From positions 48,276,788 through 48,340,787 of the forward strand of contig CM120640.1 of NCBI GenBank assembly GCA_051362555.1: 64,000 nucleotides of DNA, in the 5' to 3' direction. The position numbers and the translations under genes were made by a program. The notes beneath the pieces were generated by a model. That model was not told the DNA's origin, did not search any database, and was given only the letters and a program-made list of their open reading frames with translations. Shown here in pieces: positions 11,906 through 24,752 of this stretch (positions are counted from its first letter, which is position 1; the number at the start of each line of letters is the position of its first letter). This stretch comes from Lingula anatina (Eukaryota; Animalia; Brachiopoda).

Positions 11906-14900
11906 GTAATACTGTCATTTCTACACAAAACAAGGTGAAGGAAGAAGTTTATTTTTCACACCATCCCCACTTCTACAAGATAAGCATCACCAATATCAAT
12001 TGATGACATCAAAAATGCCCAGCCTTCCATATTTGAGAGATCCGAACAAACATACCTATTGTTTTTGCAAGTATAGTTTCCAAAGTAATCCAAGTTCTAT
12101 TGAAGTGGGGACATGTCTGAGGTATGTGAGTTTAACATGACTGTTAATTTAATAACATGTCTTTCTTACATGTATTGTATAATGGAGCTCAAAAGTGAAC
12201 AACTCAGACAACTTTTTAAAGCTTTATTCTAAATAAAACTTTGTTTCACCCTGAATGTCATTAACGGCTGCTGCATGAATGGAAATTACAACAGGGATTG
12301 GAGAAGGGGGAACAGAGCATACCAATTTCTCCTGCAACAGAGGCGAGTACTTTTACTACAAAAGTAAAATTACCCACATCTGAATGCAGCATACAACCCA
12401 ATTAATAAAAAATATAATATCACCCATAGGGTTGCTAATATTGTAGTCTTTATTGAAACATGAAAAGAATTGGTTCAATGTTTGAATATTTTCAACTACA
12501 AAACAAAATGCATGGCAGGTATCTTGTGTTGGCTCCTGGGACAATTATTTAGAACAATTATCTCTCCAGAAGACTTGTATTCACATTTGTTTCCTCAAAA
12601 ACAATGAACATAAACTGGCAAGGTAAATGGCCAGCATCCTATACTTGGTATGGTGTGATTGACAGGAAAGTCTAGATAGCAGACATGCAAATAAAAACTT
12701 GGCAAACAACTGCCTCAGTTGCATAATTATAACTGCCCAACCAAATAAAGGTTCTAAAATTAGGTTTTGAAAAGCTTTCCAAATGTTTGCTACACACATA
12801 ATTTTCAGCATGCTGCCAAAAATGTCAATTTTATTATGCAGAAAATAAGAATAAATATAAACATGCTTGGTAACCATGACAAAGTTTATTGATTTATTTT
12901 TAATTTCATAGACATAAATTTGCTTAGTGGTTGTCAATATTGTCAATAATTCTGCAAAAATAATCAAACAGCAAAAGAAAATAGTTTCCAACATATACCT
13001 CATTCTTAGGTAAATACCAGAAGCATAATTTTTCCATCTTTATCAAATTTGATATGTTTCATCTAACTAAATATATTTCAGTCAAAAGTATAGAATGATA
13101 ATTTGTTTCATCAACTTTCCTTCAAAATGCTGATATTTCAGAATTTCAAGAATATAAATTTAAAACCAACCATAATGAACTGACATGGTATTAATATGTT
13201 ATAGCTTCAGAAGTGGAATGTTGGCACTTGGATGTCAGACTATCTTTACAAGTACTCCAGTCACTTACAATAATAAAAAAATGTGATAACTGATGTATCT
13301 GTTGGCAAGATTAATGCAATATAAAATTAATAATTTAGCATCCCATCTTGTCAACTCAAATATGTTTTAATGGTAGACATTATTGTGCCAGCTCACCTAT
13401 CACAATTACGTGAGACACAATGCACAACCAACTGCAATTCATGGCCAACTATTTTAAAATGACCAAAAATCCACTTTTCATAAATCTTCATAATAAAGGA
13501 AAAGAGATACACTGATTAAGACATAGCACACACTGCTTCTTTATACCATGGTTCCATTCCACTTCTCAGATTTCCCTATATTTTACTGACAAAAATGCCT
13601 TAAGAAAATTGGTCTGGGCATCGAGGTGCTTGGTCTTGCCACTTATAAAAACCTTTGCCTATGGATCTGTATGTGGTAAATATAATACATGTGCAACTTT
13701 GTAAACATTATGCATTTCTGGTTTCTTCAGGTTCCCAGCATGGAAACCTTTGAAAAATTTCTGCCAATTGTCAGTTAATACTTTAAATGAAGTTAATTGG
13801 CAATACTTTTCACCAAATTCACTTGGGGCAAAGCTGATTGGTATAAAGAAGGACAGCATAATAGAGCACTACAGCAATTTGCAGTAATCGATCTAGGTCA
13901 ACATGAGCAGCAAGTTTTAAGTCATTTGATGTCAGCAATTTCATGCAAAACAAAGCAGAAAATTAACCACTGTAATTTTAAAGAGAGCAATCATTGTGTT
14001 AAGATCAATCAATGCAATAATGATAATTTTATTTAAAAAATGTCATAGATATTACATTTAAATAGAAAAAAAAAATCAATGAATGTGCCACAAAGATGTC
14101 ACATGAAAGAATTTGTCAGATAATATATTTTTAAAACTATTAAATAATACTAAATCAACTAAAACTGACCATTCTGCAAATTTGAGCTTAAAAGTCTAAT
14201 ATACAACAAAACTGTCAAAAGTTAAGCTTCCATCAGATAATTTTTTTTAATACCCTGTAGACGAAAGAAATGAACTAATGTTCCCCTCAGGGAAATCTTG
14301 CTTCTGGTTTTTATCTAATTCATTTAACTTGCTTTTAGGTTTTAAAACATCATTCCTGGGACATAATAGAGAAGAAATCCTAGTGCAATATCATGCTATA
14401 ATTCCAATATTGAACTTATGGCCAATTCAATTTCAGATCTATTAATTTCACCACTTATACTACAAGCAGACAACATATTATGATAAGACCATCTGACATT
14501 CAACAGTTTTTGCCAGTTCTAGATATTGAATGCTCCAAGTTTCTACGCCTACTTACCATAGTTCCAATTCACCAAGGGAAACCTCCATATCAATGTAACA
14601 TGCTAGAGCAAGCTTGCCCAAGTGGGTTGGTTGGCTCAATAAACTTATTTTCCCCTCCCTTGCCAACTGATTGCTGGTTCTCATCAGTTAAGTTGGGATG
14701 ATCACATCCTTTGGAACAAAGTACTCCCTGAGTAGTAATCCCTAAACTTACTCATTATAAAAAGAACTGAAAAAATACTGGAACTAGCTATTTTCATCAT
14801 ATTTTGAGCAACTTCTTTTTCTAGTTTTTCCATTTCGATTTCATTCGATTCCATTTCTTAAGTATGGTTAAAAATAAAAGTCAAAACAGAATGGTTCATT

Positions 14901-16517
14901 TCATTGATTATCTGGCCCAAGTATAAAACTGAACTAAGTCAATTTTACATGGAGACTATTATAAGCACTATGATAAAACTAACTTGAATAACTAAATCTT
15001 ATTAATAGCAAGAGGGGAACATTTTAGTAATTCCATCACCTTATCCAATCATTTTCATTCCCTGTGTAACAAATCTAATTTTGTCAAGCTGTTTCCTCAA
15101 AATGTGTTTTGCCAAATATCATTATGAAATTTCTTAGAGATATTATTGCTGTTCTTCTCACCTGGTGCAATTAAGATGTCAATATACCATAACTCAACAG
15201 AAACCATTGTAATTCAATTTGACATTGACTGGCATGGACAAAACTTTAATGACAATGACTGAGTCATAATTCATTTCTCATGTTTGAAATTTGATTAACA
15301 CATACCCCGAAAAAATGTTTATTAAAAAATAATGTTTTAGACATTCAAGTTACAAAAGGAGGGAAATACTATAAACAACTGCTTTTTCTTTTAAGGCAAA
15401 AATGGGACCAATCATTGCATTGCCCTCTTCTGTTCAACACTGTCTCAGATTTCCAAGATACCTTGTGCTCAAACAGAAACTATTTGACCTAAAAGCAAAC
15501 TTTTGGAAGCAGGTGGCACATCTACATCCATTACTTAGCAACACTTTAAAAGATGTTCAGTGGCTTAGGTGCCCAACATCAACAGGCTACAGCTGTGAAA
15601 TTAGAAGCAGATGCTCAACAACTAAAGAAAATGCTTTTAAAATTCCCATTGCCATTGTGAAACTTATTTAAGTATGCATATTACATTAGATGGGTCAGGA
15701 AATAAGCATATACACTGTACTAGTATCTAAAAAATAAGTTGAAAGTCACATTGGGACTACAGATGCATTTCAATTCTGAGCATGAAAATTGAAGATTAAT
15801 AAGTAAAATGTGAACAAGATAAAAAACCTATCCTATGGTTTCAGTAGTACAACCTTTAAAAAGCATGCATGCCTTGTCAGTTGTGTTTATTTCACTGTGT
15901 AGGTTGAAAGATTTCTATCTGATTTTCATTCACTGAAATTTGCAACAAAACTATGACACAGGCAGAAGAAGCCATACGTTAAAATGTAGCCATGTTTTAC
16001 ATTAGGGACTAAAATATTACAACATTTTTGTACATATAATTAAATATACATGATCAAGGAATATGTTGATGAAGCTCCAACTTGAAATAGGCGCCATCAA
16101 GTCAGCTTCGAGCAAGGGAGTCATAAATACACACATATACAAAAAAGACAATTCATACCATTAACCTGCAAAATGCAATATAACGAAACTGAGAATTGGT
16201 CTTCTTTACAAGGACACACTTTAAATTTAGATAAAATCTTAGAAACAATATTCATATGACCACCTCAGATATATAATAAGCAGAAAGTGCCTTTACTTGA
16301 GGTGGGGGTGGGGATGGGTTTGGACTCTGAGTGACACTAAAGCACAAATGCATGTAAATCTATAGCAAAAGTCCAACATGATGATCAAGAAAGTGTTATC
16401 AAAACTTTTTTAGCAAATACCTTATAATTATGGCTACAACAGATCTAAGTTGCGGATTAAGGGAGATACATTACTGTGGGCGAGAGAATTACAAATATGT
16501 TTGGAAGGAAATCACAC

Positions 16518-16728
16518 TGTAATTTAAAGAAAGTAGGGAAATGGTGGCACTTGCAGAACACAAGATAAAAGCCATCATATGGTGAATAGTTTTATGTTAT
16601 TGCCATCTTTTTTTGTGCTAATTTCTGTAATTCATTTTAGGAAATTGTAATGTAATTTGAAAATAAATGGGGAAATGAAGGCACTTGCAGAACACAGGAT
16701 AAAAGCCATCACAGGGTGAACAGCTTTT
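16518..16728. repeat. Diverged local direct duplication (~76-bp similar unit, 133-bp spacing)
   Basis: gggaaatggtggcacttgcagaacacaagataaaagccatcatatggtgaa versus gggaaatgaaggcacttgcagaacacaggataaaagccatcacagggtgaa. Confidence 0.8.
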
Positions 16729-18278
16729 TTATTATTATTATTCTTTTTATATTTTCACCATATATTTTGGGTAAGTTTTTGAAAAGCAAATATCAGGTAT
16801 TAAAGGTTTTATGAATTTCTTTACTCAGTTTAATGCAGAAAAATAATATTTCATTATTAACATTTTATGACTTCCCTTTTCCAGTTCAACATTCTAGCCA
16901 ATGTAAGGATGTTTTACAATGTACTGCTACATATTTAAAGGTTAAAAGACAAATCTCCACAAAAGCAAGGCTGGATCCAGAGGGATGAGTCACTGCTTGA
17001 GATGTGTCATGTCTCTCCTCCCTAGCTTCTTTATTTATGTTTTCCTTTCATGTAGATTATCAAAATTCTTTTTAATTAACCTTATAATATAATCATTGAT
17101 ATGATGGTTAGTCAATAGAGTGTCATCATTTATTATCAAAATATTCAAGTATGGAATTTGCCAATGGAATACTAATTTTATACCTTGTTGGACATTATGG
17201 AATTTTGAGCAAGAACCTGGCAATAATGAATGTTTCCAGTTCTCCACCACCTCATCTCACCATCGCAGTAACATTTCATCAAGCAGTTCAAATAAGGTAA
17301 TCTTCTTTCCTTTAATCAAGGAGAGCACACCTACAACCCGCTGTATCGAATAGGTTAATAACCTAGTTTCTGAACTGTACCATGGAAATGGAAATGAAAA
17401 TGGCATTAATGATGGAAAGGGCACATCATTTTACAATTTGGTCTTACTTCTAAAAAGATATCCATTTCAAGTGTACAGTGAGGTCATACTGCAGCACATT
17501 TTGTGAATTTTCCATCAGCTACCATATTCTATGTAATAAATGAATTCTCTAATTATCCATGACAATCAAGAGAACATCAATAGACAGATGGATATTGAAT
17601 TTAACTTAGCCTATAAATTATTTCAATTATCGTTAAGACTATTATTTTCAGACAATTAATATCAGAGAGGCATTCACTGTGGTCTGCACTGGTGAATACA
17701 TATGGGGGTTACTAGTAGGTCATAATATATGGTAATTCCCTGGGCAGTAGTCAGTCCACTAGTGTCAAGAAGAGATTGAAAATGGTTCTTCTCCATTCTT
17801 CCATTCTCCTGGTTCATCATTTATGTTGTATTTTATTTATTCATTTAATTGATTTTTGGGGGCTTTCGCCATCCTCCCTGGATTGGCCTTGGTATAATAA
17901 CTTATATTTTAGAGACTTGCCCACACATGCATTATGTACAATATATCTAAGATAACAGTACTCATATAATATGGTACATATGTTGAGGAATAACTATACA
18001 GTTGCACTTCTATTCAAAGCTCAATAAACTGTTATTCCTGGGTGCACTTTAGGTGCTACATATACTAATTTTATCTGGATTTTCTCCATCAAAGGGAACG
18101 TTGTATGATCTACATGGCAAAGTACTTTAATAATTTGCTATTCTTGAGAGCTTATGGAGGTATATTATTTTGCATAAATAAACCATTTTTACACCTTGAT
18201 ATCTATGTTAGTCCCTACAGTATATAAAAAGTTCATTTTTGGTATCTATGTCTCATTTCATGAGAGATATTGATTACA

Positions 18279-18281
18279 ATG

Positions 18282-18313
<32 letters not shown>

Positions 18314-18359
18314 AGTGATGATGATGGTGATGATGATGATAGTGATGATGATAGTGATG
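18279..18359. repeat. (GAT)n microsatellite with GGT/AGT variants
   Basis: Direct reading of the trinucleotide run. Confidence 0.95.
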
Positions 18360-19150
18360 GACTGTAACTTAACATCCCATTCTATGTCCATTACCTAAAC
18401 AAAAAATGTATATCTTATTAATTTTTTCAAAAGACTCATTGACATGCCTAAAAATCAAATGAGTAAAAAAATTCCATCTGAAGAGTTACACCACACATAC
18501 ACAAACAAAGTTGTTATGTTACATCTGGCAGATGTGTTTTCTCCTAGGAAGTTCCACATGGTTAGAAACAAAATTTACTTGCCAACAAATGAAGGAACCT
18601 ATGACAAACATTTCAAGAAGCCACTGGCAGTCTGGGGAATAGAAAAATCAATAACTCTTTTATCTTTCGAAAAATAAATGAGAATGCACCTGTCTTAAAA
18701 CAAGTTAAAAAAAATGCTCACACAACATAAGCTTAGTTCCTATAGAGACCATAGTCTCCACACCTACATGCAGATGTTACATTTCCTCAACAGGAATCAA
18801 TGCGGTGTATAATGGTCATATCTATCTCAATTTTAACTTTGCCTAGCACCCCAATTTTATTTTCTATTATGTCCAGAAGGCTCTAACACAACTCTAAAGC
18901 AAAATGTGCACTTTTGACATTGAGATCCATTTCAAGTCTGAGCTCACCCTCAAGGGAGATGTACTGATAATGAAACATGATGATGATGAGACACCAACGT
19001 CATAGTGAAGATCTGTCTGCTGTTGAAAATATTTTTGCTATTTTTGTAATGCATAACATTTGAAAAGTTAAAACCATTATCTGAAAAGGGGAGGGGACAT
19101 AAAATGGCTCCATCACACTCTTTAAGTTAAAATAAATGGTAAAAACAAAT

Positions 19151-19288
19151 TTTATGCAAAGCAATTCTATTCTCTCTCTACATTTGAAAACTTTAAAAAA
19201 ATAGTATCTACGTGTTATAATTTATGCAAAGCAATTCTATTCTCTCTCTCCATTTGAAAAATTTAAAAAAATAGTATCTACGTGTTAT
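19151..19288. repeat. 70-bp tandem duplication
   Basis: tttatgcaaagcaattctattctctctct...atagtatctacgtgttat at 19151-19218 and 19221-19288, with 2 differences. Confidence 0.95.
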
Positions 19289-22200
19289 CTGGATTGCTTG
19301 CCTCAGTTAACCAGTAAGACTTCAAAGTATGACTTAAACCTGAAATTTACTCAATTTCCACTGGGGGCAGTGGATCTGCAAAAATAGTACCATTAATCAA
19401 TGCTCCTGTTGCCTTTGCGGACATGTGTTACATGCCAGAATAACAGAAGAAACAATTCTAGTATTCCTTTATTTAATTTTGACTAGAGTTCGACCAGCAA
19501 GGTGTTTTCTCCATTAGTTTAATCAAGGAATAATTATCAAAATTTTCTGAAGACTCATCGCTATCTTATCTAATGGGCTTATTAATATGGGAAAACTTAG
19601 AGCTGTTTATTGATTGGTGAAGAATAGGGCATTGCTTTCCTACGGGCTCTTGTATTGTGTGGTTACATCCAGTCTTGGAAGACGTGCTAATTAAACAATT
19701 TTATTCTGCATCTGGTTTTATAAGAAGGCCAACAATCTGCATTCTGGGAAAGCAAAAGCCCCTGTTGAATAAATCCAGTGGGGCGCTTCATCCATTGCTC
19801 CAGTGACCCAATTAATTATTCATGAGCATTTCTGCGAGGAGCTCTTAGGTATATTAATGAAATTTCTAGTCAAACTCAATCAATGAGTAATTGAATTTGA
19901 GCAAGCATTATACATAATTTACACATACAGACGCCTCACAGTGGTGGAAGCAGGAACAGCTAATGTAGTTTAGGGTATCTCACAGAAACTTCAAGGAGAC
20001 TAAAATTGTATGGGGTGTCCCATGGAACACATCAAACTGCATCAGTACATGTTAGGGTGAGAAACTAACTTCAGGAGAGAGACAACGCAAGTGTCAACGG
20101 AATAACTGACGCAACACCGAGACTTTGGGACTCTAAAGGCCTTATGTCAGTATTATTTCCAAGCATGAATAACATGCATTTCAATCAGTGCAACAGGATA
20201 ATTACTTCTTTGGTGACAGTCCTCTGCACACTGCTAAGCACAGGTAAGCTGTTCTTTATTTATTCATTATATATTACAACTGGCCATTTATAACCAGAAT
20301 TAGGTGGACAAGGACAACAGTACCAATGTTTATCAAGCCACAATCTCATAAAAAATGCAATACATGTATGAAGCTTAGAATGGAATATTACAGAGAGATG
20401 AAAAAATATGATAAGCAATAACCATAACCAAATTTCTTATGGAATACAAACAGCACTTACCAGCAACATACAATAAATAAATAACGACACTTTCGTTTTC
20501 AGATAGACAAAATCTTAAATTGCCTGCACTTTCACAAATAGTCATTTTTTGTTTCAAGCTTAAGCAAACTAAGCAATTCATAACATTGTGCATACAGAAT
20601 ACTTCCATATACTATCTATAATCTCCCAATGTCAGTGTGAATTATATCTATGTATTATTGGGTTAAATGCAATATTCTTGCTGTTGTATACAGTGATAAT
20701 CATTAGTGTCATTGTAAGAAGATGGAACTGGATTTATATCTACTTGTATTATGTATCTACAACATAGCGTATTAGTGACAATTAATAGATATAGATATGG
20801 ATCAGCTGTGTTAGTTCTCTGGGTAATGCAATGCCATCACAAATTCTATATTCTCAGAGCAAACATACTGTTATTTGCCTGATGACTTCATACATAGCAG
20901 TGGGATTTCTGAGTGCTCTTTATTAACGTGGATGTGTGACATATGCATGCATACGTACAATTTTTGGTGTATGTGTAACTGCCAGTGTACAGAGGGAAAA
21001 TGTCTTTACATATGCAGAAATGTGTGTGAGGAGGACATAAAACCCTTTTTACCAATTTTGCAGCAACATGTATAAATTCAAATTAAAGTACATATATGCA
21101 CTAGTACATGTATAGGCTTTTGTTACATTTTACACAGTTCTCCAACTGGAATATTTGAGGTACACAACAACATACTGCATGGATGTACAGGATGCAATTA
21201 GTTCACATAATGAAAATTTGGAAAGGAAATTTGTGACAAATTGATGACAGGACCATTATTTCATACAATGAATAAACTAATGACAGCATTGTATATCATC
21301 TGTGAAAAATCAAACAAATAAAAACGTGAGCCCTGGACTTAAAAATTATTTCCCTTTTTTTCAACACTTAATACTGGAACATAATTGTACCAAAATTTGT
21401 CAGAGTGGGACCAATAGACATAAGGCTTAGTTTTTAAAAATTGGTATTAACAATCTACCTAACATTTTGAATGAAAGCCATTGTAAGAAGTAAACAATAA
21501 GCCACACCTTGCCAACATCTGTACCATTTAAAACACCACCAATGAAATGAGATTATTAAGACAAATTAGGACAAATTAATACAAAATATCTGTATTTTAA
21601 ATAAAAAACAAAAATAAATATTAAACAACTGACATATGAAGACTTACATGAAAACTTTTTCTACTATACATATTGTATACAGATTTTGAAATAAGCTGAT
21701 AAGTATAGCACTGACATGTGTTTAAGTCTGTCATTGACATATATGAAATATCAGGTACTTAAATGTACTCAAATGAAACTCCGGGGAAGGAATGTTCTTT
21801 GGGAAGTCTTTTTATCAGATTGGGATTTAGATCGAGATTAAACATTTATTAGATTTGTAAGAGCAATCATGGCATTTTACTGCTTTTCCCAAAATTCAAA
21901 ATTCATGACATGCTGCTAATGAAGTAAAAGCTTTATCACAATTGTAGACAAAAAATTTTTTTGACATATGTGCATGCATGTCTTTACTTATCCATTTTTC
22001 CTTTGAAGTAAAAATACCAGGACAATTTTCCATTGCATATGTGCTAGAATTATAGACAATAAGCAAAACATATTTCAAGTCATTTAATCAGTGAAACTTA
22101 ATAATTAGCTTTTTCCTTGTTTTAAGTGAAATTCGGATAGTAAATATCTGTTCCTTTATCAAGGCCAAGAGGTTTTTATGGGAACAAATGAAATGCAATG

Positions 22201-24316
22201 CAATCTTCCCTATATTTCAGAGATCAGTGCACTTGTGGAAAACTTCTGAAAGACAGTGAACTCCCCTGTAGCATATTTATGTACTGAAGACTAATGGAAT
22301 GTTTTCTGTTCCTTAGATCTGCCCAGTAGTTCAGTGCTGCCATTAATGTATGTAATTACAATCCACTAAAAGCCATGAAAAATTCCATGATGTATCTATT
22401 GTCTAATCAATCAAATCAACAGATATAGGAAACAAACGCCCAGTGGCTCAAAAGTAATTTAAACAGAGTCTGACTTTGAAAAAGGGGCATGAAAAGAGGA
22501 AATATAATTCTAAAATACTTTAATCTGAGAAATGAAGATGTAACTTTTCACAAATTTATTTTGTGTAACTTTTTATTTAATAATTTAATATTGGGAATTG
22601 TGTTGTGCATGACACGCATGCACTGATCAGCAAAGTTATAGGAAAAATGACAAATTACAAATGACAAAACTGAAGAACCTATTCACCTATGCATGTTGTG
22701 AATTGTCTTATTTCTATTTATTGAAAATGAAAAGTACCACCATACAAGTAACGAGTAAATCAAAATAAAAAAGAGTATACTTTTACTAATTATAATAATG
22801 ATGATATATAATAAAAATAAATAAATAAATAGAATAAATAAAATTTAGACATTTAAATTAAACACTTGTTTTAACAGACTATAACTCTTGAAAGACTAGA
22901 ACTAATTATAATTTTAACAATGTGTTCTAAACTCTCTTTTCATTAAAGCTTAATGATCACGATGAGAATAAAGAGAAGAAAATAACATTAGAAATATAGC
23001 CAATCTTTAAAAAAAGATGAAGTAAAGAAATGCAACAACAAAGTAAATATGTAGCATTCCTATTGGTACAATGTATGTTGGTAAATGGATATTCTGTTTT
23101 GTTGACAATGACCCTTTAGCAAGAAACATCAATACCGAATTTCCAGTTCTTTTAGGTTAACAGAAGATATACATCCTGAAGGCAAGATGTATTTGCTGGG
23201 TTACATGTGTTTCCATTATAATATTGACAGTTTCCCCTTTACTTTTCATTTTCTCTTAAATATTTTTATCCATCTGAATCAATGTAATTAAACTGCTGCT
23301 CCCTCCCAGCAAAATTTTGGTCCCTGAGTTACAAACATGACACAATCTGGCTTCAGGACAGACTTGGTAAATCTGATCTTGTGGTTTGAATGCATGGCCA
23401 TACTACATGTTCACACTATACCAGTAGAGATTTGTGGGAAGCTTCATAACAACCACTGTTAAGACAAAGTGAAAATTGTGTTTCAGCCCAGATGAGCTTT
23501 CAAGTACAAGATACTAAATAAGACTTGTACCATTTTAAAGACCTTCTGCCTAAGCTTGTGATTGTTAAGGCAGCGCCAAGCCCCTATGGACACAAACTTG
23601 CAATCAACCCACAGCAGAATGGCTTTGGATTACTCAGAGCTTTTCGGGCTATACTGAGAATGATGCTGTGTTCTGTTCATTATACTGTCATCACAGAGTT
23701 TTATGTTCAGAACCTGCATTAATTACATGACTATGTGCCCATATTTGCCAGTAACTCTATTGTTTTTATGGGCAATTAGGTATAATTTAATGCAATTTTT
23801 AATTGCATGGCATGTACATGTAATATGACACAAAATTTTAAGAAAAATATTTCAGGCAAAAATGATTTCAAAGAATTTATACAAAAATTCTTGAACTAAA
23901 TGATTACATTTTGTAGGTGAGATTAATATATGATTCAATTACATGTACAACTCATTCCCCTTGCAACAGTCATCCAGCGCCGATGAATCATGATAACCAA
24001 AATGTACAAAGTGCATGTGCTGTGCTGATTTTCTGGGTACTTTTCTCCCCTTTGTCTGATAATCTCTGGTATCTCTTCTGATTTCTTGCTATCTTTGCCA
24101 TGGGAATAAGAACAGATTAATCAGCTGTCTCAGTAATAAAGTAGCTAATAAATCACATTTTAACACAATTAATACAATATCAGGCTGCTCTATAAAGAAT
24201 ATATATGAACTATGTCCCCCCTCCCAAATCCCTGTTTACAGGGGGTATGATGACGATCTAAATGCCCACATAGCTTCGTTATTGCATGCATGTTATATAA
24301 AGGATGCACAAACACT

Positions 24317-24752
24317 CAGGGCCGTAGCCTGAGCAAAATGCCAGGGGGGGCAGTAAGCGGACACGAGGGGGCGAAGCCCCGAAGGGGGGAGGGTGTGTCA
24401 CCCCTCCCACGGTGTGGAAAATTTTTAAAAACTTTATGTATAATACTGAATTTTGGTGCATTTTAACTGTTATTTATTGCTCAATCAGAAGTTAGAAATT
24501 GTGGGTTCATTTTGCCTGGGGGATAGCTCCCAAGGGAGGGATAGCTTTTTGGCATGAACTGAGTTGGCTAAAAACAGTACACCTTTGTAAACAGATTGTT
24601 GAATGATTGTCTAGTGGTCATGAGTGCATTTTCTCACAGAATTGATACCAACTTTGCAATCATTTTTTTTTTACCTTTGCGATTATTTTTTTGCACCTCC
24701 AATCCCAGGGGGGGCAGCTGCCCCCCCTGCCCCCCCGGAGGCTACGGCCCTG
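24317..24752. mobile_element. MITE with 14-bp perfect TIR CAGGGCCGTAGCCT and G/C-run subtermini
   Basis: cagggccgtagcct ... aggctacggccctg. Flanks aacact / aacaca (6-bp TSD, 1 mismatch). Internal GGGGC-GAA-GCCCC mini-hairpin at 24368-24380. Confidence 0.88.

Noticed and set aside
17228-17296. ATG-to-donor (AAG/gtaatc) candidate first exon
   Set aside because: Peptide is not signal-like and ends in phase 2, incompatible with the phase-1 Ig exon.
16966-17892. caaggctggatccag / ctggattggccttg as ends of one MITE
   Set aside because: Poor match, no TSD, and unrelated interior.
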